From: an uncultured Actinomycetes bacterium
GTDB lineage: Bacteria > Actinomycetota > Thermoleophilia > Gaiellales > F1-60-MAGs149
Direction: 5' to 3'
NCBI GenBank assembly: GCA_963779685.1
Contig: CAVZZG010000001.1
Location: 748,102 to 812,101, forward strand
Length of the DNA: 64,000 nt
Part shown: piece after piece, positions 8,208 to 20,446 of the stretch
Position numbering within the stretch: the first letter of the stretch is position 1
Layout: each line of letters opens with the position of its first letter
Notes under the pieces: model-generated
The model's database searches: none
Seen by the model: only the letters and a program-made list of their open reading frames with translations
Told to the model about the DNA's origin: nothing
Position numbers and translations under genes: made by a program

Positions 8208-10928
8208 TCAGCCCGTGGGCGTGTCCCCGGCGACGGCCGCGAGCTGGTCGAGCCGGACGAGCTCCGTGCGGGAGCGCACGCCGAGCTTGCGGTAGACGCG
8301 GGTGAGGTGACCCTCGACCGTCGACAGGCTCATGTACAGCTCGCCCGCGATCTCGCGGTTCCGACGTCCGGCGATGGCCAGCCGGGCGACCTGCGTCTCC
8401 GCCTCCGTCAGGTCGCCGCTCGACCGCCCGCGACTCATCCGCGCGAGCACCTCGGTGACCTGCCCGGCGAAGCCGGCCGCGCCGTGGGCCACGAACGCCT
8501 CCCGCGCTGCCTCGAGGGCCGCCGCGCCGTCCAATCGGCGCCCGGCGGAGAGTGCCGCCCGGCCGTGCGCGAGCCGTGCCCGCGCTGCGTCCGTATGGAA
8601 GCCGAGCTCGTCGAGCGTCGTTGCGGCCCGATCGAGCATGGGAACGGCGTCCGCCGCCTCCCCCGCCGCGGCCACCACGATCCCCCGGCTGACGACGCTG
8701 ATGGCATCGACCCAACGGCTCTGCGCGACCAGTGCCTGCGCCTCGAGGCGCGCGAGCCGCCCCTTCGCCTCGTCGATGGCCCCGGCGAGCGCCGCTGCCT
8801 CGATCGCGTCGGGCGTCGTCCGGAACACCGCCGGGTGGGCGAAGCCCATCGTCGTGACGAGATCGTCCGCCGATGCGAGCGCGGCGTACCCGGCCGGGGC
8901 ATCCCCGAGCGAGAGCGCGAGCAGCCCGAGGACGTGCGTGAGCCGCGCGATCCATGGCCGCTCGGCTCGCGCCTCGGCGCGCGCGAGCCGCGCCCGGGCG
9001 ACGGTGCGCGCCTCCTCCGCGCGTCCGAGCCACACCAGCGTGAGTGCGAGGGAGTGCTGCAGGAGGGCCTCGCCCCAGGTGTCGCGCGCGTCGCGGGCGG
9101 CCTCGATCCCCTCGTGGACGTTCTCCTCGGCACGGGCCAGCCGGCCGGCCGCGATGTCGAGCATCGCCGCGTCGTAGAGGCGGTAGGCGCGGGCGTTCTC
9201 GTCGTGCTGGCGCTCCTCCTGCTCCTGCGCCTGGGCGAGCGCCTCCGCTGCTCCGGGCAGGTCGCCGTCGAGGTACCGCAGCTCGGCGAGGCGGGCGTAG
9301 GGGCCGTCGTCGAGCGGCACACCATCGAGCGCCATCTCCTCCACCAGCAGCCGCCGGAGCGCGGCAGGCGTCTCTCGACCTGCGACGACCCGCATGTGCT
9401 CGAGCGTCCGGACGGCGGGGAGCGTGATGTCCTCAACGCCCGCGCGCCGGGCTGCAGCGACGGCCAGCGTGGCGACCGCGATGCCGTCGTCGAGGGCGCC
9501 GCGGTGCATGCCGCGCGCCCACCCGAGCCAGTCGAGGATCCGGGCCTGCAGCGCGTCGTCGTCGCCGGCCTCCGCGACCGCCTGCTCGAGCCAGCGTTCG
9601 CCAGTGGCGAAGTCGTCGTCCTCGACGAAGGCCCGTTCCATGATGGCCTCTGCGCGAGCCGGTCCCGATGGCAGCCGGGCGACCAGCGCATCCGCGGCCG
9701 CGAGCGACCGGGTCCACTCTCCCGCCTTCGCCAGAGCGCGGATCTCGGCGAGCCCGTATGCCAGGACGGCGTCGGTGTCGGGAGTTGCAGCGAGACGTCC
9801 GGCGTGGCCGGCGAGCTCACCGGCGAGGTCGAAGGCGCCGCGGGCAGCCATCCGCTCCGAGGCGGCGGCGACCTCACTCGCGATCGCGGGGGCGGGGCCG
9901 ACCGCGGACAGTGCGAGGTGGCGTACTCGCTCGTCGCCGTCCTCGACGACATCCGCGAGCCGGCCGTGCAGGGCGCGCCGGCGATCGGGTGGGATCCGCT
10001 CGTACACGACCGACTGGACGAGCGGGTGGTCGAAGCGCACGCGCCCGTCGCGATCGACGACGACGATCCCTTCGCGAACGGCGGCGTCGAGTGCCGCCGC
10101 CCCGTCCGGCGCCGCCGCGGCGATCAACGCCTGCGTCGGCCGACCACTCGCCGCCGCCACCTCCAGCACGCTGCGGACCGCCGGCGTCGACCGATCGAGC
10201 CGTGCCCCGATCGCCGCGGCGAGGGTGCCGGGTGCAGCACCGGGGGCGCCGCCGGCGTGGGCGCGCATCAGCTCGATCGCGTGCAGCGGATTGCCGCCCG
10301 AGGCCTCGTGGATCGCGCGCAGCACGGGAGCCGGCACGGTCGGTGAGACCGCGCGCAAGACCCTGCGCAGCTCGCGCGCGGGGAGCGGCCGGACGATCAC
10401 CTCCTCTCGTCGCTCCGGGCGGACGGCGGCGAGCAGGTCGGCAACCGGCTCGGAGCCTACGCCCGGGCGGACGGTGGCGAGGAACACGACCGGCTCATCC
10501 TCGAGACGGCGGATCGCGAACCGGATCGCCCGCGCCGACGCCGGGTCGAGCCAGTGCGCGTCGTCGATCGCGACGAGCACCGGGCCCTCTCGTGCGAGGG
10601 AGCGCAGGACGCCGAGGAACGCGCGGCCGTGGGCCGCGTGCGACTCCCCGGCGAGCAGCGGCGCGAGGTCGGCGCCGACCGCCTCGAACATGTCGACGAC
10701 CGCGACGAGCGGGAACGACAGTTCCTCCTCGGCCGGCCGGGCGGGGAGCACGACGTGGCCTGCCGCCCTCGCCCGTTCGATCCCAACGCGCCAGAGGGCG
10801 GACTTGCCGATCCCGGCCTCTCCGACGAGCACGAGTGAGCGCGCGCCACCAGTCGCCGCGGCGACGAAGGCGTCGATCCGGGCGAGTTCGGCCTGACGGC
10901 CGACGAGAGCCGTGCGAATGGCATCCAC
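8208..10928 (-). CDS. Large ATPase LuxR-family (LAL/MalT-like) transcriptional regulator
   Basis: Walker A GEAGIGKS, Walker B-like LVAIDDAHWLD, a long helical repeat middle region, and a C-terminal LuxR HTH (REIAGELYMSLSTVEGHLTRVYRKLGV). The start is placed at in-frame GTG 10928 (VDAIRTALVGRQAEL); the ORF is open up to 11156. Confidence 0.85.
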   Translation of the reverse strand: MDAIRTALVGRQAELARIDAFVAAATGGARSLVLVGEAGIGKSALWRVGIERARAAGHVVLPARPAEEELSFPLVAVVDMFEAVGADLAPLLAGESHAAHGRAFLGVLRSLAREGPVLVAIDDAHWLDPASARAIRFAIRRLEDEPVVFLATVRPGVGSEPVADLLAAVRPERREEVIVRPLPARELRRVLRAVSPTVPAPVLRAIHEASGGNPLHAIELMRAHAGGAPGAAPGTLAAAIGARLDRSTPAVRSVLEVAAASGRPTQALIAAAAPDGAAALDAAVREGIVVVDRDGRVRFDHPLVQSVVYERIPPDRRRALHGRLADVVEDGDERVRHLALSAVGPAPAIASEVAAASERMAARGAFDLAGELAGHAGRLAATPDTDAVLAYGLAEIRALAKAGEWTRSLAAADALVARLPSGPARAEAIMERAFVEDDDFATGERWLEQAVAEAGDDDALQARILDWLGWARGMHRGALDDGIAVATLAVAAARRAGVEDITLPAVRTLEHMRVVAGRETPAALRRLLVEEMALDGVPLDDGPYARLAELRYLDGDLPGAAEALAQAQEQEERQHDENARAYRLYDAAMLDIAAGRLARAEENVHEGIEAARDARDTWGEALLQHSLALTLVWLGRAEEARTVARARLARAEARAERPWIARLTHVLGLLALSLGDAPAGYAALASADDLVTTMGFAHPAVFRTTPDAIEAAALAGAIDEAKGRLARLEAQALVAQSRWVDAISVVSRGIVVAAAGEAADAVPMLDRAATTLDELGFHTDAARARLAHGRAALSAGRRLDGAAALEAAREAFVAHGAAGFAGQVTEVLARMSRGRSSGDLTEAETQVARLAIAGRRNREIAGELYMSLSTVEGHLTRVYRKLGVRSRTELVRLDQLAAVAGDTPTG

Positions 10929-11085
10929 GTGCCAGCCATTCTGACGGCATCGCGCTGCGCGGTAGGGTCGGTCGCGAGCGGGTCGAGGGGAAACCCCGTT
11001 GCCCGCCGGATGGCGTTCTGGCTCAATCAGCCTGGGATGCGGTAGGGCCGCGCCCGGGAATCTGACGGGAAGGAGTCGAGCGCTG

Positions 11086-11769
11086 GTGGTCGTCTTCGGC
11101 GAGTACGTCTCGGGCCTCACGATCGACGGTCGGGAGGTGCGCGCGGCGGTCTTCAACGAGCACGCGGTGCGGGCTGCGGCCGGCCTGACCCTGGTGCTCG
11201 GCGCCGTCGCGTTCGCCTACGCCTACTTCGACCAGGACTACGTCCCGTTGCAGGTGGTGACGACGGTCTTCTTCATCGACTTCCTGCTGCGCGTCACGAC
11301 CGGGCTGCGCTTCAGCCCGACGGGTTTGGCCGGCGGTTGGATGACCCGCCGCCGCGAGCCGGAGTGGACGTCGGCGAGGCCGAAGCGGTTCGCCTGGACG
11401 CTCGGCCTCGCGATGTCGTTCGCGATGATGGTGATCACGAACTCCGGCGTGCGCGGCCTCCTGCCGCGGACGGTCTGCCTGATCTGCCTGACGCTGATGT
11501 GGATGGAGTCCGTGCTCGGGCTCTGCCTCGGCTGCGAGGTGCACGGCCTCCTCGTTCGGGCCGGCCTCGCACGGCGCGACGATGCGTACGAGATCTGCGC
11601 ACACGGCGCGTGCACGGTCGTGCCGCGCTCCGAGATCGGAGACCGAGTCTCACGCGCTGCTGGTTTGCGAGGTGCGTGTGTGGGCTCGGACGAATCCCGT
11701 CTGCCGTCCGCATCCTTGGGTTGGGATGAGGTCGACAGGTCTGCTGGGGCTCCCAGAACGAGCGCGTGA
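11086..11769 (+). CDS. DUF4395-like membrane protein
   Basis: GGAAGGAG RBS lies 9 nt before GTG 11086. FNEHAVRAAAGLTLVLGAVAFAY is followed by further TM segments and the GLCLGC motif I associate with DUF4395. Confidence 0.65.
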   Translation: MVVFGEYVSGLTIDGREVRAAVFNEHAVRAAAGLTLVLGAVAFAYAYFDQDYVPLQVVTTVFFIDFLLRVTTGLRFSPTGLAGGWMTRRREPEWTSARPKRFAWTLGLAMSFAMMVITNSGVRGLLPRTVCLICLTLMWMESVLGLCLGCEVHGLLVRAGLARRDDAYEICAHGACTVVPRSEIGDRVSRAAGLRGACVGSDESRLPSASLGWDEVDRSAGAPRTSA

Positions 11770-11861
11770 GCGGTTCGCAGACCCGAGGGGTGTCCAGCGC
11801 GTCAGTTGAACTTCGGCGCGATCTGGGGCGGCCGCGGGCAGCGCGATGGCTGCTGCGCCGG

Positions 11862-12746
11862 CTACTTCGTGAATCGCTCCGCCGTGAAGTAGTTCGAACG
11901 GCTGCTGCCGTCCGTGAACTCGCTGTACGAGTTGACCGTCAGGACCCCGGTGCTCGAGATCGGCATGCCGGCAAGGAGGGTGCGCTTGAACCCGTAGTCG
12001 GCTGGCGCCAGGAACCGCGATCCGGTCGTCGCGGTCGTCGAGGGGCCGTAGGCGATGGCGGGCGTGACGCCGTTGTCGCACGGGGTCGGCGTGCACGCAC
12101 CGAACACGTGGACGAGCAGCGAGCCGTCAAGGGCCCGGGTGATGTCGAGCTCGACGGTTCCCCGCGTGTTGGGGTCGACGTTGTGCCAGACGCCGATGAG
12201 GGCATCCGGCGCGTGGGGCTGCCTGCCCGTCGGGTACGCGGTGGTGGCCGTTCCCTTCTTCCTGCTCGACGTCGCGCGGCCCACTCGCTTGAACGAACGG
12301 GTCATGGCCGAGTTGTGGCGAGAGCCGGCGTGGTAGACGTCGTACCAATCGAGAGCGATGCGCCGCCCGCGACTGGTGGAGACCAGTCGGCCCAAGAGCA
12401 CCTGGTTGTACGACGCGAGGACCTGATTCGTCTCGAAGACCGCGCCGGTCGTGGCACTCGCGGACGGGCCGAACACGACAGCGGAGAGCTTGCCCGACTC
12501 GCACAGCTTCGGCCTTCCGCACGTGCTGAACGCGTCGACCTTGATGCCGCCCCCGCTCGACTTGCTGATCACGAGCTTCACGATGCCGCTCCTGGCGGTG
12601 CTGGTCCAGGTACCGATCAGGCCGGAAGCGGCGCTCGGCGCGGCGCTCGCGGGTGCCGGCGCGAGGACCATGCCCGCCATCGCGGCGAGAAGCCCCACGA
12701 TGGTCGTGCCGCCGCCACGTGCGATCGTGCGTGTCTTCCCAACCAT
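11862..12746 (-). CDS. Secreted protein made of two tandem homologous domains
   Basis: GGGAGGAAG RBS before ATG 12746. Signal peptide MVGKTRTIARGGGTTIVGLLAAMAGMVLAPAPASA. The two halves begin LIGTWTS... and LIGVWHN..., and each carries a Cys pair (FSTCGRPKLCESG and FGACTPTPCDNG). Confidence 0.7.
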   Translation of the reverse strand: MVGKTRTIARGGGTTIVGLLAAMAGMVLAPAPASAAPSAASGLIGTWTSTARSGIVKLVISKSSGGGIKVDAFSTCGRPKLCESGKLSAVVFGPSASATTGAVFETNQVLASYNQVLLGRLVSTSRGRRIALDWYDVYHAGSRHNSAMTRSFKRVGRATSSRKKGTATTAYPTGRQPHAPDALIGVWHNVDPNTRGTVELDITRALDGSLLVHVFGACTPTPCDNGVTPAIAYGPSTTATTGSRFLAPADYGFKRTLLAGMPISSTGVLTVNSYSEFTDGSSRSNYFTAERFTK

Positions 12747-12876
12747 GGTCTTCCTCCCGCCGCGAACGTGGGACGCGTTCCGCTCGCCCGCTGCAGGATC
12801 ACACACGGCGAGTCCGCAGGCAACGTCGGGGTGAGATCACGGCACGGGCGGATGGGCTTGCGATGGCGGGACGGCG

Positions 12877-13095
12877 TCATGCCGATGGGCCGGCCTTCGA
12901 CGGGATCTCGTCCTTCTCGGCCCCGGGATCCGGCGGCCTGCGCCGCCGGCGGGCGACGTAGAACAGGCAGCCGGAGACGGCCACGGCTGCCTGTCCTCCC
13001 CAGAGGAGGGCGAGCGGCCAGGTGGCGGCGTGGCCGGCGTAGCCGGTCTGCGCGATCCGGCTGTTGCAGAGGCAGTCGAGGATCTCGCGCACCAT
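12877..13095 (-). CDS. Small (72 aa) putative membrane protein, last gene of the aminotransferase-permease operon
   Basis: The ATG lies 3 nt after the permease stop. Strong G/C third-position bias. One hydrophobic segment (WPLALLWGGQAAVAVSGCLFYV) is followed by RRRRR. Confidence 0.4.
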   Translation of the reverse strand: MVREILDCLCNSRIAQTGYAGHAATWPLALLWGGQAAVAVSGCLFYVARRRRRPPDPGAEKDEIPSKAGPSA

Positions 13096-13098
13096 CGT

Positions 13099-14562
13099 CT
13101 ACGCCGAGAGGTGCTGGGCCTCCTCGAAGATCTCCCTTCCACCCGTCTCGAGCCTGCCGGGCCTCGTCTTGTTCAGGTACAGGACGACCAGGATCCCGAT
13201 CACGAACCAGCACACGACCGCGATCGGGGCGATGTTGATCGGATAGGGCGGGAGCGGGACGATGCTGTAGTAGAAGACCGGCGCCAGGGCGATGAGGCCG
13301 AGGATGGGGAGCACGAGGTGCACGATCCACCTGAACTCGTCCCGGTGCTCGCGGAGGTAGAAGATCGGGACGGCGACCAGTCCGCACCCGTAGACGAAGA
13401 TCATGCCGAACGTGATCATCGCGCCGCCGATCCCGAACGTGTTGACGGTTCCGAAGTACCAGCCGCAGAACAGGCCGAGCGTGATGTTGAAGACGGTCTG
13501 AAGGGCGATCGCGACGTGGGGCGACCGGTAGTGCGGGTGGAGCGCGCCGAACTGCCGCGGGAACACGTGCACGGTCGCCATCTTGTAGTACACGCGCGTG
13601 ACGGCACTCTGCCCCGCCAGCGAGCAGCCCCAGCCGCTGTTGATCAGTGCCAGCAGCACGATGATCGTGCCAGCACTCCCCCAGGCCGTGTTCGCGATCG
13701 TGTAGTAGGGGTTGGCGGCGCTCGGGAAGTCCGACGCAACGTTGTCGATGCCGAAGCCGACAGCGGTGGCGAAGCCGAAGATCACGTAGTAGACGAGGAT
13801 CAGAGCGGTGCCGATCAGGGCGGCACGAGCGACGTTGCGCCTGGGGTTGCGTGTCTCCTCCGCCAGTGGCGCCGTCGACTCGAACCCCGTGTACGACAGC
13901 ACCGAGAACACCATCGCGAGGAACAACCCGTGCACCGCCGAGCTCCCCGGGATGCCCTTCGTCGTGAACCCGAGCGAGAGGTCGTGCGATGTCACCCCCT
14001 GCTGCGCGAAGATCGTGAACGAGAGCGCGAGCGTGATCCCCACCTCGACCAGCGTCAGGATGATCGCCGTCCTGATCGACAGCACGACGCCCAGGTACGT
14101 GATCACCCCGAGGCCGAGCCAGACGATGATCGAGTAGAGCCACCAGGGGAACGTGATCCCGTACTGCTGCTTCATCGTGTCCTCGGTGTACCCGCCGATG
14201 ATCACGGTGCAGAGGATGGGCACGATGGGGTCGTAGAGGAAGTACATCCACCCGGCCATGAACCCGAGCTTCGGGTTCAGCGCGCGGCTGATGTAGGAGA
14301 AGTAGCCGCCGGCCGACGGCAGGTGCTTGGCGAGCTGGGCGACGGAGTTGGCGAGCAGCAGCGCGGCGATGCCGGCGAGGCCGAACGCGAGCCCCATCGC
14401 CGGACCCGCGAACGAGGCGATGAACGGGGCCGAGAGCATCACGCCGGCGGCCGGAGCCATGTGGGTGATGCCCTGGAAGGTGATGCCAGTGAGGGTGAGC
14501 GAACCGCGGAGGAGCTGGATCTCCGGCTTCGGCTCCGGCGGCGGTGGCGGCGCTTCGCTCAT
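13099..14562 (-). CDS. APC-superfamily amino-acid permease (intact)
   Basis: 487 aa with about 12 TM segments. Motifs include GYFSYISRALNPKLGFMAGW and FESTAPLAEETRNPRRN. Confidence 0.9.
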   Translation of the reverse strand: MSEAPPPPPEPKPEIQLLRGSLTLTGITFQGITHMAPAAGVMLSAPFIASFAGPAMGLAFGLAGIAALLLANSVAQLAKHLPSAGGYFSYISRALNPKLGFMAGWMYFLYDPIVPILCTVIIGGYTEDTMKQQYGITFPWWLYSIIVWLGLGVITYLGVVLSIRTAIILTLVEVGITLALSFTIFAQQGVTSHDLSLGFTTKGIPGSSAVHGLFLAMVFSVLSYTGFESTAPLAEETRNPRRNVARAALIGTALILVYYVIFGFATAVGFGIDNVASDFPSAANPYYTIANTAWGSAGTIIVLLALINSGWGCSLAGQSAVTRVYYKMATVHVFPRQFGALHPHYRSPHVAIALQTVFNITLGLFCGWYFGTVNTFGIGGAMITFGMIFVYGCGLVAVPIFYLREHRDEFRWIVHLVLPILGLIALAPVFYYSIVPLPPYPINIAPIAVVCWFVIGILVVLYLNKTRPGRLETGGREIFEEAQHLSA

Positions 14563-14564
14563 GG

Positions 14565-15707
14565 TCAGCTCCTTGCCCTCAGGTGGTCGAGACGGTCGAG
14601 GAAGCGATCGATGTCGCCCTCGTCGTTGAAGCCGTGCGGGTCGACCCGCACGACGGTGCCGCTGATCAGGCCGATGTCCACGCCACCGGCACGGCAGACG
14701 TCAAACAGGCGCTGACCCTCGGCGTGGCGGAACACGATCACGCCGGCACGCTGGGCTGGGTCGACCGGCGTGACGATGTCGACCCCGTGCTCGGCGAGCG
14801 CGTCCAGGCAGTGGGTGGCCAGCCCCTCGACGTGGTCGAAGATGCGGTCGATGCCGACGTCGAGCAGCAGGTCGATGCCCGCGCGCGTCGCGAACACACC
14901 GGGCAGGTTCGGCAGCCCCAGCTCGTAGCGCCGGGCGTCCGGGACGATCCCCGGCATCCTTTCGACCGGCCAGTCGCCCAGAGCGGTGTCGAGGCCCAGA
15001 TAGCCGACATCGAGCACGGGCGCCCGCTCGAGCACCGTCGGCGCGAGGTAGAGAAACCCGACGCCGGGCGGCCCGAGGAGCCACTTCATGGCCGTCGTCA
15101 CGAGCACGTCGACGCCCTCATGCTCGACGTCGATCGGCACGACCCCGGTCGACTGGGCGCCATCCACCATCAACGCCGCGCCGTGGGCGTGCGCGACCTC
15201 GGAGATCGCCGCGAGGTCGTGGCGGCGGCCGGTGAACGGTGCGACGTGCGTGATGCAGACGGCGACGGTGTCGTCGTCGATGACCTCCGCGAGGGCGCCG
15301 GCTGCGTCGACGATGCCGTCGGTGGCGACGACTCGGACCTCGCGGTCGGCGCGCGCATACCACGGGTACACGCTCGACGGGTAGGTGCCATCGTCGACCA
15401 CGACGTTGCCACCGGGCCGGTCTCCGAGCACCCGGATCGCGATGTTGGCGGCGCGGCACGTGTTGTCGGTGATCGCCACGCCGGCGGCATCGGCGCCGAT
15501 CAGACGCGCGAAGGATTCGCGGAGGGCACGGCTCGAGCCGATCAGCCCCGCGTCCGTGTAGACGCTGTTCGGATCGTCCGACCATGCCGCCGTCCAGGCG
15601 TCCCAGGCCGCGCGCACCGGAGCGGCGCCGGGCGCGAGGGCGCCGTTGAACAGGTAGGCGCGCGAGCTGGTGATCGGCACCTGCGCCCTGAACCCGGCGA
15701 CGTCCAT
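14565..15707 (-). CDS. Class V aminotransferase / cysteine desulfurase-like PLP enzyme
   Basis: 380 aa. Contains HGAALMVDGAQSTG and the PLP-lysine region DVLVTTAMKWLLGPPGVGFLY. Its stop lies 2 nt from the permease start. Confidence 0.85.
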   Translation of the reverse strand: MDVAGFRAQVPITSSRAYLFNGALAPGAAPVRAAWDAWTAAWSDDPNSVYTDAGLIGSSRALRESFARLIGADAAGVAITDNTCRAANIAIRVLGDRPGGNVVVDDGTYPSSVYPWYARADREVRVVATDGIVDAAGALAEVIDDDTVAVCITHVAPFTGRRHDLAAISEVAHAHGAALMVDGAQSTGVVPIDVEHEGVDVLVTTAMKWLLGPPGVGFLYLAPTVLERAPVLDVGYLGLDTALGDWPVERMPGIVPDARRYELGLPNLPGVFATRAGIDLLLDVGIDRIFDHVEGLATHCLDALAEHGVDIVTPVDPAQRAGVIVFRHAEGQRLFDVCRAGGVDIGLISGTVVRVDPHGFNDEGDIDRFLDRLDHLRARS

Positions 15708-16089
15708 CCCCTGCCTCCCCGGTCGCGAGACGCGACAGTCTAGGGCGGCCCCGCCTCACCGGCAAGCGCGGATGTCCAATCTGCCGGCGTCCGGATCGTC
15801 CGGGTTCGGCCGCCCGCGCCGAGGTTGAGCGCGACGCCGGAGGCTCCTCGGGGACCCCCGAGCCGGCGATGGTCGTGGGCGGGGCGGCGTTCCCAAGATC
15901 GCTAGAGACGCGTTGTCATGGACGACCGGCAGCGGCTCCTCGATCCGCGCCGCGAGCGCCCCCGGCTTCGACACCGCACCCAGCCGCACGCGGGCCCCGG
16001 CGCCACGCGGTGTCGTCGGGTGCCGACCTCGACTGCGATATCGTGGCCGGCGCGTTGTTCGAGTCACCGCAACGGTGGAGGTGCGAGCG

Positions 16090-16965
16090 ATGAACGATTC
16101 CAAGAAGAAGGCACGGCGCGGGAAGCATCAGCACGCGGTGGCGACCGCGTCGGATGCACCGAACGCGGCTGGGGATGAGACGAGCCCTCCCGGGAAGATG
16201 AAGCGGAAAGAGTACGAACGAGAGATGAGGATCCTCCAGGGCGAACTCGTCGCCATGCAGGAATGGGTCAAGGCGACGGGCGCCAGGGTGTGCGTCGTGT
16301 TCGAGGGGGTCGACTCTGCCGGCAAGGGAGGCACCATCCGGCGCATCACCGAGCGGACGAGCCCTCGCGTGTTCAAGCACGTCGCGTTGCCCGCCCCGGA
16401 CGCGCGGGTGAGGTCGCAGATGTACATCCAGCGCTACATGGCGCACTTCCCGTCCGCCGGCGAGGTGGTGATCTTCGACCGCAGCTGGTACAACCGCGCC
16501 GGTGTCGAGCCCGTCATGGGCTACTGCACCCAGGAGGAGTCCCAGCGGTTCCTCGAGATGGTGCCCATGGTCGAGAAGGCGATGGTCCACGACGGGATCA
16601 TCCTGATCAAGTACTTCCTCAACGTCAGCCTCGACGAGCAGACCCGGCGACTCGAAAGCCGGATCGACGACCCGCGCAAGATCTGGAAGCTCTCGCCAAC
16701 GGATCTGAAGTCCTACCGCCGCCGGTACGACTACCTCCGAGCCCGCGACGCGATGTTCGTCGCCACCAGTTCGGGGTGGGCGCCGTGGCACATCGTCGAC
16801 AACGAGGACAAGAAGCGCGGCCGGCTCAACATCATCTCCCACTTGCTGAGCCAGATTCCCTACGAGCCGGTCGCCGCTCCGACCACGAAGATGCCCAAGC
16901 CGCCGAGCGCTGCAGGGTACCTCGAGCCGGACTCCTCGAAAGCCAACATCCCGACGCCGTTCTAG
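16090..16965 (+). CDS. ppk2: Polyphosphate kinase 2 family protein
   Basis: GGAGG RBS before ATG 16090. Motifs are VVFEGVDSAGKGGTIRRI (Walker A), IFDRSWYNR and KLSPTDL. Confidence 0.9.
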   Translation: MNDSKKKARRGKHQHAVATASDAPNAAGDETSPPGKMKRKEYEREMRILQGELVAMQEWVKATGARVCVVFEGVDSAGKGGTIRRITERTSPRVFKHVALPAPDARVRSQMYIQRYMAHFPSAGEVVIFDRSWYNRAGVEPVMGYCTQEESQRFLEMVPMVEKAMVHDGIILIKYFLNVSLDEQTRRLESRIDDPRKIWKLSPTDLKSYRRRYDYLRARDAMFVATSSGWAPWHIVDNEDKKRGRLNIISHLLSQIPYEPVAAPTTKMPKPPSAAGYLEPDSSKANIPTPF

Positions 16966-17021
16966 GGGAGCCCGGCAACGACGTCCACAGCCGTTCTGAT
17001 GGAACTTGGAGAGGACCTGCC

Positions 17022-19775
<2,754 letters not shown>

Positions 19776-19817
19776 TGATCGGCCGGCGAGATGCCTCCTG
19801 CGGCCCTCGCAAGGTCC

Positions 19818-20339
19818 TCACGCGCCGGGGTCAGTCCCCGGATCGCGATGCGGTGTGCCGAGACGCGTGTCCAGGTCCGCAATCGCCTGGCGTATCTCGG
19901 TCAGTGCGTCGACGATCGTCTGCACATCCTGCTGTTGTTGCGAGGCGTCGGCGCCCTGTGCCTGAGCCTGCCCGCGCTGAATCACGGTGCTCGTCACGCC
20001 GGCGGTGAGGAACGCGATGAAGGAGACGCCCAGCACCATCTCGATGCCGCCGACGACGCGACCGGCGGCGGTCGTGGGCACGACGTCGCCGTAGCCGACC
20101 GTCGTAACCGTTTGGAGCGCCCACCAGACCGCCAGGCCCAGGGAGGGAAAGTTGTGGGCGTCCGCGATCCGCATCACGACGGCCCCGACCAGCGAGAGCG
20201 CCAGGAGCGTTGCGGCCAGACCGACGGTCACGGACCGCGCGTTCACGATCCGGCGAACTCGGCGCTCAACCAGAGAATTCCGCGCTCCGCCCGGTCGGGA
20301 GTCACCGTCAGCCATCGGCATCGAGTTCGACGGCCGCAC
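19818..20339 (-). CDS. Two-TM potassium channel (KcsA-like)
   Basis: Selectivity filter TVGYGD sits between two TM helices. The exact start is uncertain, with several in-frame Met codons near 20320. Confidence 0.8.
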   Translation of the reverse strand: MRPSNSMPMADGDSRPGGARNSLVERRVRRIVNARSVTVGLAATLLALSLVGAVVMRIADAHNFPSLGLAVWWALQTVTTVGYGDVVPTTAAGRVVGGIEMVLGVSFIAFLTAGVTSTVIQRGQAQAQGADASQQQQDVQTIVDALTEIRQAIADLDTRLGTPHRDPGTDPGA

Positions 20340-20446
20340 GGACTCCCCTGGGCCGACGTGAGAGGGTTCGACGCTCGCCGCCGGGCCACCGCGCGCCGTT
20401 TGCCATGGTGTAGGCTCGTCCGGGCGCTGGAGAGGAGCCGGGAGCT

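Noticed and set aside
8208-11156. N-terminal extensions of several ORF-track entries, including LuxR to 11156, helicase from 53788, ATPase from 16263, NDH-2 to 49825, VOC to 47493, deacetylase to 42592 and cupredoxin from 57295
   Set aside because: The extensions are low-complexity, overlap neighbouring genes, and lack RBS support. Internal GTG, ATG or TTG starts with RBS-like sequences and family-typical N-termini were preferred.
15708-16089. 380-nt intergenic region between the aminotransferase and ppk2, considered as a riboswitch, sRNA or gene remnant
   Set aside because: I found no recognisable riboswitch core, only short weak hairpins, and the ORFs there translate to Arg/Pro-rich nonsense. 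It is left unannotated.
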